Below are positions 1-11,035 of a DNA stretch of 64,000 nt, piece after piece; positions within the stretch are counted from its first letter, which is position 1; each line of letters opens with the position of its first letter. Location of the stretch: NCBI RefSeq assembly GCF_018977255.1, contig NW_024704742.1:33482001-33546000 (forward strand). The letters are read 5' to 3'. The position numbers and the translations under genes are program-made. This stretch comes from Callorhinchus milii (lineage: Eukaryota). The notes below the pieces were generated by a model, which was not told the origin of the DNA, searched no databases, and saw only the letters and a program-made list of their open reading frames with translations.

Positions 1-1693
1 ACAGACAACACTCCACCCTGCAGTTTTGCCTTTCCCTTACATTTAAACCAGTGACTGTGCCAAGTGTGTATTAACAATGGCAACAATAACCTACCTTCTC
101 TTGAGCTCTGTATCTTTCTACACATCTTCAGGAATATTTCTTGATGAGTAGCGATCAAATACAAGAATTATTATTCCAGGCTGTGATTGATTGTGCCTCT
201 TTCCATTTGCTAGCACTTAGCACTTACAGAGTTGTGTCCTTTAACAAATCAGCACACAAGACAACATACAATTATGCTACCCCTTTAACTGTTTCTTAAC
301 TGCTGAAAATTCAAGACCGTAATCTGTGAATTAACATAGTCAAAGGGTTTATTACAGTTTTGAAACATTTATTGATGTTTATTCATATTTTTATGCACTG
401 AACATATCCATTTGTCCTCTCCAAAGGCACTGAGAATTCAATCATGTACAGTATCGGACTTCTGCAAGATCTGAAACAAACCCTTAGTTTGACAGGAATG
501 GAGCAGTAAATTAATAATAATAATAATTACCCATAAACTAAGAGCGGAATCCCTGTGCTGCCCCTGCTGTTGCCCTGATCCAACAATTCGCATTCAGCCT
601 CAACTACAGTCGAGCCAGCTAAACAAGGACGGGCAACACCACCACCAAATTACATTTGTATAAAGCCTTTCACGTCAGGAGGATATCCCAAGGCATTGGA
701 AAGGTGCCAAGTTGATCAACCTCTTTCTTACACCTTTTGCCATCCTTTACATTGAATTCTCCTCACTCCACATCTGGAATTAATGCCACTGGAGGAATTA
801 TGATGCTTTTTGAACCACAAAGTTCACAATTGGATGCACAATTGTCTCTTTACCATTGGGACATAATAGGCCATCTGAAAAGCATGACATCAATACCACC
901 CAGTTGCACCACCACGACTCAGGAAGAATACAATGCAGATCTTATTACTGTGCCAAATGGAGCAAAAGGGGGCTTCACTTGGTTAGTTGGACCCAAAAGG
1001 AAATTAAGCCTCATTATTGTTCAGCGAGTTAAATGCTTTAGCAGATCAACATTTGATCTTACAGCAAAGGTTTCTGAAACACAAAACAGAAACAGGTCAT
1101 GAGGTATCAGTTGCATTACTGTAAATCTGTAAAACTCTCACTTCTGGACACTGGATTTTATTCAGATCTGCATGTCAACAACAGGTTTGTTTACTTGCAA
1201 TGCTCCATGTTGTACAGGGATTCTTATATGCTTTGGGAGCGGGACTCCAAATGCAAAGTATTGAAAGGCAATGGGTGTAGTGTACGTGGGCATGGGGGGA
1301 GGAGAGATGGGATTCCAGTCTGACGTGCCTTCTTTATCTCTCTTCACCATATCTGGTTCCGTGTAGCTGTAACACCTGATCTGCCTCTCCTGCCAATCTG
1401 TCTCTGTAAACATGTTTTTTTCTGATTGGAAAGTGTAACTGGAAAATTCTATTGGCTTTTTCAGTCTTCTCTGCAATACAAAAACTGTTTATAATCCCAG
1501 GGAAATATATCATTGGAAACACTGGATTAATTACATGTGCTTGTGGGATTTATCGACTCTCTTTGGCAGAAAGAAAGTCATCTGATGTTTAGAAGAAGAC
1601 AGGAGAGTGACAAGTAACCAGAGATATGGATGAGTAATGGTGAGAGAAGAAAAAAACGTCAAACAGATTGTGCACAAAAGGGACAGGCAGGCA

Positions 1694-2055
1694 GAGTCCT
1701 GTAGCTCAGTGGTTAGAGCACTCGCCTCACAAGTGAGAGACCTGGGTTTGCTTCCCAGCAGCGCGAAACATTGGGCAAGTGTCCTTACTCTATATCTCTG
1801 TTTACCTAGCAGTAAGTAGGAACCCGGTTGTAAATCGATTAGCGGATCGCTTTTCCAGGGTTAATAATTCCTTCAAAAAAGAAGAATTGATCACTCAATC
1901 CACGACTGTTTGTGGGACACTGCTGTGCACAATTGCCTGCGTTTCGCCCACAAAATTTACAGTCAATTCATTTTACAGTATATTCTGTGACGTACTTTGA
2001 GACGACACAAAGACATGATAATGAGCTATATTAAATGCAAGGATTATTATTATTA
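1694..2055 (+). mobile_element. tRNA-derived SINE, family A (long form)
   Basis: Head GAGTCCTGTAGCTCAGTGGTTAGAGCACTCGCC...GGGTTTGCTTCCC carries A/B-box-like motifs. Body ends in an L2-like tail AAATGCAAGG(ATT)n; several homologous copies occur in the window. Confidence 0.9.
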
Positions 2056-2291
2056 GATTAGACAAGAGAGATGCATATAAACACAAGAACCAGAGTGGGA
2101 AGAAACGGAACAAGAAGGCATTTGCACTTTGGTTTGTGCAAGCTGAAGTGACCAGCAAGTAGAAAAATTGCAGGGAAACTCTACGATCTCCAGGAGTAGT
2201 GTGTAATTAGTTTGCGTGTAATTAGTTGCAGGCAACATGATGCGCATGAGATTTAAGATAGCCTCGTTCTGACCAGTAACCAGTAACACAG

Positions 2292-2751
2292 GTGGAGTCC
2301 TGTAGCTCAGTGGTAAGAGCACTCGCCTTGCAAGCGAGACACCTGGGTTCAATTCCAGGCAGAGGGCGAAACCTTGGGCAAGTTTCCTTACTCCACACAG
2401 AGCCTAATAATAATCCCTCCAAAACCAAAAACAATAATAAATTGGTCATTTTCAATCTACGATTGTTTGTGGGACATTGCTGTGCGCAATTGGCTGCCGC
2501 GTTCACCCACAAATATACAGTCAATTCACTTTACAGTGTGTTCTGTGAAGCGCTTTGGGACGTCCTCCCGACGTGAAAAGCGCTATATCAAATGCAAGGA
2601 TTATTATTATTATTATTCTGTGAAGCGCTTTGAGACGTCTGGAAGATGTGAAAAGCGCTATATCAAATGGAAGTATTATTATTCCAGTGCCTTGGGACGT
2701 CCTCCCGACGTGAAAGGCATTATACAAATGTAATCTTGTTGCTGTTGTTGT
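2292..2751 (+). mobile_element. Family A SINE (short, young form, 2292-2617) followed by two extra stacked 3' tails (2618-2751)
   Basis: tRNA-Ala(TGC)-like head CTCGC-CTTGCAA-GCGAG and (ATT)n tail; nearly identical to the inverted copy at 42175-42490. Confidence 0.9.
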
Positions 2752-3099
2752 AACTAGGATTTGCGGGCCCTATCAATCCTATCAATTCCGACCCGGCTGC
2801 TCCCTTCGCTCAGCGAACCCCAGTCTGTTTTATGGCCCCCACCCTATCCGCCCCTCTACCAGTAGGGAGATTTTCAGTTATTTTGCCAAACTCTCTGGAA
2901 TTCCATCCCAGAGTTCCTCTAACTCCCTCCCTCCCCTCTTTCAAGTCTCAAAAGGCACCTCTTTGACTGCACTTTCAGTATCTTTCCCCTTTCCATCTGC
3001 CTCAGGTGCCAATCCAGCATTGTGAAGCTCTTTGAGACATTCACTCCTATTGGCCCAATATTAATGTTATTTTTTTTATTCAAATAGTAAAATTTACAC

Positions 3100-3470
3100 C
3101 AACCCCTGCTTTGGGCATGTTGGCTTTCAAGATTTCAGAAAAGCAAATTCAATGGTAATCTCTGTGATTTTAGCTGGTTAAACTCCAGCAGTACCCCAAT
3201 GCATACTCTCGAGTCCCCAAGTCTTGGCTCTTGAAAGCCATGCCTAATACTCTGGATTTGGGTAGGCAGGGCATGTTCCTCTCGGTGGAGAGATTGCATT
3301 GCATTTTCAGCCACAGGGAAATTTTTATGTTCAAATATCATACATGGAACTCTGGTTTGGATACTCTTATACATGGTAATGGGTTTTCACATGTGTCAAA
3401 CATCTGGCTAATCAAATAAGTGGTAAAAATGCCTTTATTTCTATGGAAGCTATCATAATTGTGGTTAAGA
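3100..3470 (-). other. Degenerate coding-derived repeat, fragment 1
   Basis: Homologous to 4380-4700 (-) and 49655-49760 (+); peptide ITMYKSIQTRVPCM...RVCIGVLLEFNQLKSQRLPLN. Confidence 0.65.
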
Positions 3471-4119
3471 TGCAAAGTTTTCTTTTTTGTAGACATCCAA
3501 TTTTTTGTTGAGCGAAATGACTGCACAATAAGTCACAGCTAATGCAGTCTCTTCAGGTATAAATGCAACAATCCCCTCATTAAAACATGCCTTATAGACC
3601 ATGCAAATAAAGGAGATATTCTCTTATAGCAGTGTCAGCAACGTAGCAGTTGATGTAATTATTTTTCTGGGTCACAGATTCTAAGACATGCTCCATTTCT
3701 GTCGTGCAAAGGTTGCATTCCTTCTGTATTAGTATAAGCTGGAATCTGATATGATTGCAGGCAGTGTTAATAATGTTCCTAAACATAATGGTGAGAAAGG
3801 GAAAAACAGCACAAGATGCATCAAAAGTGAAAAAAGGGAAACATTTTACAAATTCATAATTCAGTCACTTTAAAGCAACAACAACTTGCATTTATAGAAC
3901 GCCTTTTATGCAGGGTAGCATTCCAGAGCACAAGATTGATCTCAAAGAAAAATCAAGTATATCTTTATGATCTACGATGAGTTATTTTGTCATACGTAAA
4001 TAAAGAACTGTGTGCCATTTGCAATTTGATGCCAAAACTCTTACTGAGCAATTTTCCTCAAAATATTTAACTTGGAATATATATTTTTAAAATGACTATC
4101 CTAATTGGGGAAGGGGGAA

Positions 4120-4700
4120 GGGGGTAAGCAGGAAGGAGGTAAGCAGGGTGTCCTTGGAGTTGAACAGGCTACAAGGAGAACTGGCAATGAACTGTCAGAA
4201 TCGAGCCCACTCTCTGTGGTGGTCCTGGTAGTCCTGTTCCTAAACCAGGCAGTACTCCAGGGCACTGGAGAAGAGCCAGCCCAGACCATTGACAGCAATT
4301 AGAGGAGCAGGGTAGGACTAGAGCTAATGTTGGCCCTGAAAACTAAAGCCCTAATGGGTAGGGTGGTCCAAGCTGAACAAATGCCTGACAGTACTCCCAA
4401 TGGCAAGCTGTGGGATTTAGCCAGAGGAACTCCAGTAGTACCCCAGTGCACACTCCGTCTCAAAACCTCTGCTCTCACCAAACTGTGCTTAATACACTCC
4501 ACAATTAGGTAAGCTGGGTTAGCAGCACTCCAAGGAGAAAGTGCACATTCAATTTTAAAGTGTAGGTGGCATGCACAGAACTCTGTCTGGTTTGGATACT
4601 CTTAAGCATGGTGATGAGCTTCCGCAAGTTAGACACCCGGCTAACCAAAAAACGGTATGTTGGAATTAAATGACGGAACCTTCTCAAAGGTCTTCACAAT
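4120..4700 (-). other. Degenerate coding-derived repeat, fragment 2
   Basis: FLVSRVSNLRKLITMLKSIQTR...VCTGVLLEF...ICSAWTTLPIRALVFRAN, read across frameshifts. Confidence 0.65.
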
Positions 4701-7700
4701 GGAGAAAGTAAGATTACCAAACTTGTTGTGCGTTTTTCATTCACAGAATGGTGGCAACCTTCACTAACCTATGGGTCATTTTTCCATGTCAGAAGCCTCA
4801 ACAATGGAGTATTACTCAAGTAGGTGCCGAATGAGGAACATTTATAATTCAATATATTGACATGAATTAGTTAACTTAATAGGAGGTCCACCTGATGATT
4901 TAGGTGCAGTCCCAGCAGGATGAACCAGAGAACAGAGCTGGGTAAGGAAATACTAGGGAGAACTCAATTTGAGTTTGATGCTGGATATTCTTTTGTTTGC
5001 TTTTATGCAGCTTGTGATATATAACAAAATAATCCTAAATATCAAACGTGCAATAGGATCTATGCTTCCCAAAGGCAAAGAGTAATTCAAGGTTTAATTT
5101 CCAGGTTGGGTTAACCATGTGCAAATGCATGTGTGAAGAGGGAATTCCAGTTGCCTGTTATTATGTAATTAATGACAAATGTGGAACATTACATATGATT
5201 CTGTGATTCTTTATATTTATGGTTAATTCCAAAGTTAAAGGAATCTATTATTTACTCTTTACACATGGTTAGGGTTAACATTGGTTTATTGCACAAAATT
5301 AACCCAACTCATAAATGAATCCCCAATGTTTCTCTGCAGCAAACGTGGTTTTCATGTTTTGGGTGCCTCCTCAGTCTCCAGTTGCTATAACAGTAGGGAT
5401 GCTGTGACCATGAAGTTATTACTTGCCTATTTTTTTTCTATTTCCTACCAGGTGCATTGCTCCACATTCACTATTAAATGATGCTTCAGTTACAAAGGTT
5501 TATTCTAAATTCAAAAAGAATGACTTAAGAGCTGAGCTCTGGAAGCTATGCCATTTACTTCATGAACTCCCCTAGATGAATAATTACTTCCCTCGTCCTT
5601 TGTGCAGAAATGTTACAATATGGAGAAAATAAGGAAGAAAGAGGCTAACATAGACATTCAGGTAGAATCACTGGCATTTTAGAGACTAATACCATAAGAA
5701 TCAGGGTGTGACGTTGCAAAATATATGAATGAAAAGGCAATGCCAAACAAACAATAGTGCTGATGCAGCAGAGCTGTCTATCTTGGGAAGAACAATTAAG
5801 TTCTTAAATTAACTTGTACTTTATATTATTTTATTGTACTTTCAAATCGTGTACAATCACAGAATTCAGAGTTCAAATCCATTAAAACAGATGAGTTTTC
5901 CCCTTAAGTAGACAACATCTGCATGTTACCACTTTTAAATATGTAATAATACAGTATTTACATTTCAACATCCTTTGAGCCAACGTGTTCCATACTCTCC
6001 ATTGTAGCACGGGCAGCTCATTTAAAACCTACTTTTTAAGTGTGAAGAAAAAATAATTATTCACAGTGGATATACAATCATCCTCATTTGGATGACAAAA
6101 AGGTGAAAAGCTCCAATATTGGCTTGAGCCCATCTCTAAAGGTTAGTGGCACACATAGGACTGCTGGAAACAAAGGGGGAAAAGACTGACACCTTATAAA
6201 GATCACAACAATGAAAACTACAGTCCAGTGGCTCTGCCACTGCTAAGCGCTCTGAGACGCTACCCTGCATGGAGGGCGCTATATAAGTGCAAGTTGTTGT
6301 AGTGAGAATGGCCAAAACTGGAGACTAATGTCGATGAAGATTATCCACATTGCTGAGTCACATCTGGTAAAGACGAACATCTGATGAGGATTGATAGCAC
6401 TGAGGCTTATGCAAACAATGATAGAAGATGTTCCCTGGTCTTAATAAGACAAACAAAGCACAAAAAAGCAAGATCTTTCTCCATAATAGCAAGAGGGTGT
6501 CGAGAGGGTGAAATCTACCAAAGAAAGGCACGGGAGTACCACAAGAATGTCAGAGAGCTGTTCCAGTGTAAGGATTTAAAGAATACACAAAAATATATGA
6601 CTTCTCCCATAGGGACTGCTCTCTTGAAGACTGAACAAATGACATGTGAAAGAGACCAACACTGAAGGGAAATTCATAAATGTAATTCAATTCTGATGAC
6701 CTTATTCACAAAATGTGAGAGGGAGGGGAATGAAAGAGAGCGGAAGCGTAAAATATGTTTCAGGAATGAGTGAATAAAGTTACCTTAACACAACATATTT
6801 TTATTAACAATGACAGATTCATTTTATTGCTTGTTAGCACGGTAGCTCTCAATTCCAAAACTAATTAATTATTTGCAAGTTAAATTGAGCCTGGAGAATC
6901 TCTGATAATTTCTAAAGTATCATATTTTATTAAGAAGGTCAGTGATTCAATGATACATATTGAGCTTTGATGAATTTCCTATCTTGTTACTGCACTAAAC
7001 ATTGCTGGCGCAGTCCTAGGCAAGTAATTTTTCATCCCAAAGGTACCAGTCAGATATTGCCAGGCAGCATTCCATTCTCCACTGTTGTAACATCCCATAA
7101 GAATTCAAGCTTCAAAGAATTGATATTGAACACACTTTAAACACCACACTAGTCTCCTAGGGTACAGGGTCATCTTACAAGCAAACAAATGTCATTTTGC
7201 TTAATGGAGGTCTAATTTGCGAGATTTCTTAAACGGTTGCTTATTAAGAACTTCAAATAAAAATTCCGCCAGGAACTCTGCTTCGGAAGTAGATCATGTC
7301 AGAGTGGTGTTCCCATCAGTCGGCGAGATGTACCTCTGGCCGCTGGAAAAAATCCCTGTATGGATAACTTGTATTTCTTATTAAGGATTCCTTTTTTTTC
7401 CAGGAAATCTTGTAAATTCGACCACCTGAACTCCCGATTATTATCCAGTGTCACTGTTTTTTTAAATGGAATACCCAGAATAGGAATTTCAGTTCTAAGA
7501 GAATATAAGCAAAGGTTTGTAAATTTATCAGTGATTGGAGAATAACTAACTCATGTTTCCTAATTTAAAATATATAGTACATATACCTCTGATTGGCATG
7601 CCAGAGACTTTGAGGTGAATTTTATTTTCTAATACAGATTTTCTTTAAAATCAAAGCATATTTTTGGGGGGTATTGAAGGATAATATCATTGTACAGCTT

Positions 7701-8147
7701 TTAATCTTGGATTGTACAGCTATAATCTAGGATTATTCCTATAAATTTGCTTTGGTGATAAACTTATTTACGGTCACAACAATTATTATGTAACTTTCTC
7801 CATACGCTTTCCATTTGTTTGCGGCAAAGGATCTATTCACCGGCACGTAAATACCACTGAGTCTTTATTCACCCTCATTTTACTGCATTGTATTTGAGCT
7901 GAACATACAACATTTAAAGGCACGGTTAAGACATGCAAACAATGGTTCTGCATGGATTTCAAGCCACAAGATGCACTTGCTTCACTGAACTGGTCAATTT
8001 GTCCCTGTTGGGAAAAAGCAGGTTAATGCTGGTGTAACCTTTACATGGACAGGCAAAGCATGAAGTTTTGTAATTCAGGACTCAAGATTCCTTTCGAACT
8101 TATGACAGAGGTCCAGCACTGCATGTACGTGCTTATTAAGCCTTTAC

Positions 8148-8240
8148 CTCCTGATGACTTGGGCCCATCTGATCCTGGAAAGTTACCCTGGGACGTAACA
8201 ACCTCTCCCGGGGAGCGGGGGGAATTTGACTCCCACCTTG
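8148..8240 (-). CDS. Candidate 93-nt internal exon of an unidentified minus-strand gene
   Basis: tcttctcttcttaattcccacatgacAG|CAAGG...CAGGAG|GTAAAG; GC-richer than the flanks; two open frames (QGGSQIPPAPRERLLRPRVTFQDQMGPSHQE or RWESNSPRSPGEVVTSQGNFPGSDGPKSSG). No homolog recognised. Confidence 0.3.
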
Positions 8241-8705
8241 CTGTCATGTGGGAATTAAGAAGAGAAGAGTCATAGTGTGAGAAGCGAAATCAATGGCAAT
8301 GCAGTGTGGTACTTATACTGTTTGCAAGCAAATAACAGGAGCTTTAGTCTCTGTAACTCAAAACTGCTGCAAGATGCCAATTTGCTAACAAGCAATGTTT
8401 TAGCGAACAATAGGGATGAGCACTTGAGAGAACTGAAACTCAATTTGCCATTTGTAACTCATTGGCTGAAAAACTGAACTCAGAACTGAATTTGATGTGT
8501 ACTGCCCGATTTACAATTTGCTGACTATAGTTTGAATAACTGTGCTGAAAGAACAGCCATGAAGTTAGATAATTAGTTGGGGAGGACAAGTTGCAGCGCT
8601 ATGGGTAGCACAGGGGAATGGGATTGATTTGGGTAGCCCTTTTCAGCACAGACTCGAGGAGCCGAATGGCCTCCTTCTGTGCTATATAGCTCTATGATTC
8701 TATGA

Positions 8706-8964
8706 AGTGAAACACCAACTTTATTTGGGGGATTGTTGGCCAGGACACCGGGAGAAACTCCCTGCTTTTTTCCAATAGTGCCATGGGATCTTTAACATCC
8801 ACCTGAACAGGCAGATTTAGCTTAACAAAGTTTGGAGTCTCCAATAGTATAACAAGCTCCATCCCTAAAGGCTTAGCCTACACTATGTGAGTTCAAAGAC
8901 ACCAGGTGGGGTTTGAACCCACAATCATCTGACTCAGAGGCGAAAGTGCTACCAACTGAGCCAG
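8706..8964 (-). mobile_element. Deu-domain-like tRNA SINE, family B
   Basis: Minus-strand head TGGCTCAGTTGGTAGCAC...GGTTCAAACC (A/B boxes). Core GGACACCGGGAGAAACTCC...GCCATGGGATCTTTAACATCCACCTGAACAGGCAGA resembles DeuSINE/SacSINE1 (from recall). Confidence 0.75.
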
Positions 8965-9959
8965 TATTAGAACTATTAGAAAGAGTTTCTCTCAGTGTGC
9001 AAATTAATTAGATATTCATTGTGTGGCTGTTTGTGGAACCTCAATGTGTCAAAAACTCTGCCCTATTTGCCTATGAAAACAGTCACTACACTTGATTGTA
9101 ATAACAAATTATGCTTTTGAAACATTTTCAGATGTATGTTGTGGTTAAGGGCTATCAAAAATGCAGGTTGCATTTCTATCTCTGTGTGTCTCATGGTCAA
9201 AATCAAAATCCAAGTGCTCATCCCCAGTGAATAGTACAGAATATTGATGTGGAAAATCTCCACAATCATTTGGATATTTAATATTAGTTGTCAGAAAAAA
9301 CAGTTCCTGAATATCCTGCACTTTCACAGAATTTCTGCAAGCAGCTTTCAATACAACTTAAAAATGCATTATCATAAATCTGCTAAGTTAATAATTAATA
9401 GGCTTAGCTAGCTTAAAGAAACATATCAATCTAGTAAAAGCGTTTTTTTAAAAAGCATTCAAACAAAATGAGAAGAGATAAAAGGGGTGTATTATACATG
9501 TTGTGTAAACCATATGTAAACATATGTGTACAGGTTGAATTGCAGATGCCCTTAATTTTGTAAATTAAAATCAGTTGAAATATTACATGCAATTGGTGCT
9601 AATTATATAATAAAGGCAACCTGTAGTTCCCTCTGTACACACGATTTGCACAATAGGCAAACAGAACTCCCTTTTGGGCTGGAAAAGATAAAGTTTTCAA
9701 AAAAATGGAGCAAATCAGGTGAGGAGTCAAAGCATCAACAAAGAAGCCAGTGTTATTCACTTGCTTAAGTATCCGTGGGTCCATCTCCATGTTAAATCAG
9801 GTTCATTCAAGTCAGGTGTAACCTCCTGACCTGGTTTTACCAAGAAATATCAGTGGCATTGAAAGAACAAATTATAGAAGAATTTTTTTTGTTTAAAATC
9901 AGAAGCAATGAGAGTGTCATGGTAGTTTTCTGCAGGGGAGGAAGGGTTGTCCTCCCATT

Positions 9960-10320
9960 CCCTCTCCGTGTGATCTCATGCCAATCCAGGGTAAAGATCT
10001 GTGTGCAGCGGTGATCCTCTTGCACCAGCCCAAGTTGCCATTCTTCATTTGATAGACTGGGTGGTGAGTGGCAATTGGCTTTGGGAGCCATCACAGTGCA
10101 ATCTGATCCTGTCCTCATCCACCATCCAAACAGTTCCAGCAGGGATTGGTGGATAACAACTTAGAAGTAGGAGCTCTCACCAATATTGTTCCTTTCCTGG
10201 TCCATGGAGGTTGAAGTCCACACCACCCACCCCTGGCTGAGATCAGCTAACTCAGCACACACTCGGAATCAAGCCTGTGACTCCCCTGCTGTGTATGGTA
10301 CAGAGCCATATCACTACACA
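9960..10320 (-). mobile_element. Old tRNA-derived SINE, family C (other copies ~23495-23610, ~41780-42035, ~45205-45375, ~54955-55045, ~56880-57185, ~61730-62070)
   Basis: Recurrent motif TGTGCTGAGTTAGCTGATCTCAG after a B-box-like segment, then a shared degenerate body. Family identity not verified. Confidence 0.55.
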
Positions 10321-10565
10321 GGATGTTTGAAAAACTAACATGGCTTGGTTCAGGGATGGTGTGTGAGATTGTGTTCTTACAACCAATATATTGTGTTGTG
10401 CAGCACTACCATAATATATAATCATTTTTACCTAGACTTACATGAAACGCGAGAGCACAGAAAGTGGTCAAAATAAGCCTCATAAACATGTGTTGAATCC
10501 CAGTGCTGGAGGGAGCTCTAGCCACATGCTGGGCCTGACATACAGCTATCTGAGGCGGCTCACCG

Positions 10566-11035
10566 TGTTCAATTCCCTTCACTCCCTGGCACCTCCCTAC
10601 CTCCTCACTCCCCAATCCACCACCCAACGCCTCTGCTCGACTGGCACTGGCTCTTCAACCATGCTTACAGCCATCGACCCCCACTCGGCTTGGAGTCAGT
10701 TTCCGCCAATGTTAAGGCGCTCTGAAACCCTACCCTGCATGGAGGCTGCCTATATAAGTGCAAGTTGTTGTTGTTGGTCTATATATTTAGTATCTGTGGG
10801 TCCCTCGCACCCTCCACGCTACCATTGGAGATTGCGCTTTTAGTTGCTAGGCCCCGAAGATATGGAACCCTTTCCCTCAATCCCACCACCTTGCCCCCTC
10901 TTTCCCCTTTTTCAAGTCCCGCCTGAAAACCTTCCTTTTCGACCATGCTTACGGTCACCTCCCCCACCCCCGGCTCAGAGTCAGGCTCCGCCACTACCCT
11001 GCGTGGGGGACGCTATATAAGTGCAAGTTGTTGTT
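10566..11035 (+). mobile_element. Rearranged L2 subfamily B 3' end with two tails
   Basis: Tail TATATAAGTGCAAGTTGTTG occurs at ~10750 and ~11015; the first part is a near copy of 25270-25509. Confidence 0.85.

Noticed and set aside
95..180. Minus-strand exon candidate with an AAG|GTAGGT donor
   Set aside because: Weak acceptor, stops in most frames, and too close to the window edge to assess.
737..1102. 121-aa plus-strand ORF
   Set aside because: TTG start, no recognisable homology or splice context.
2292..2370. tRNA-Ala(TGC)-like sequences (also at 1694, 29000, 42040, 42420, 63689)
   Set aside because: They lack a proper acceptor stem and run straight into SINE bodies with (ATT)n tails, so they are SINE heads, not tRNA genes.
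3592..3786. TAIREYL resembling a bornavirus nucleoprotein stretch
   Set aside because: Only a few residues match with no surrounding similarity; most likely chance.
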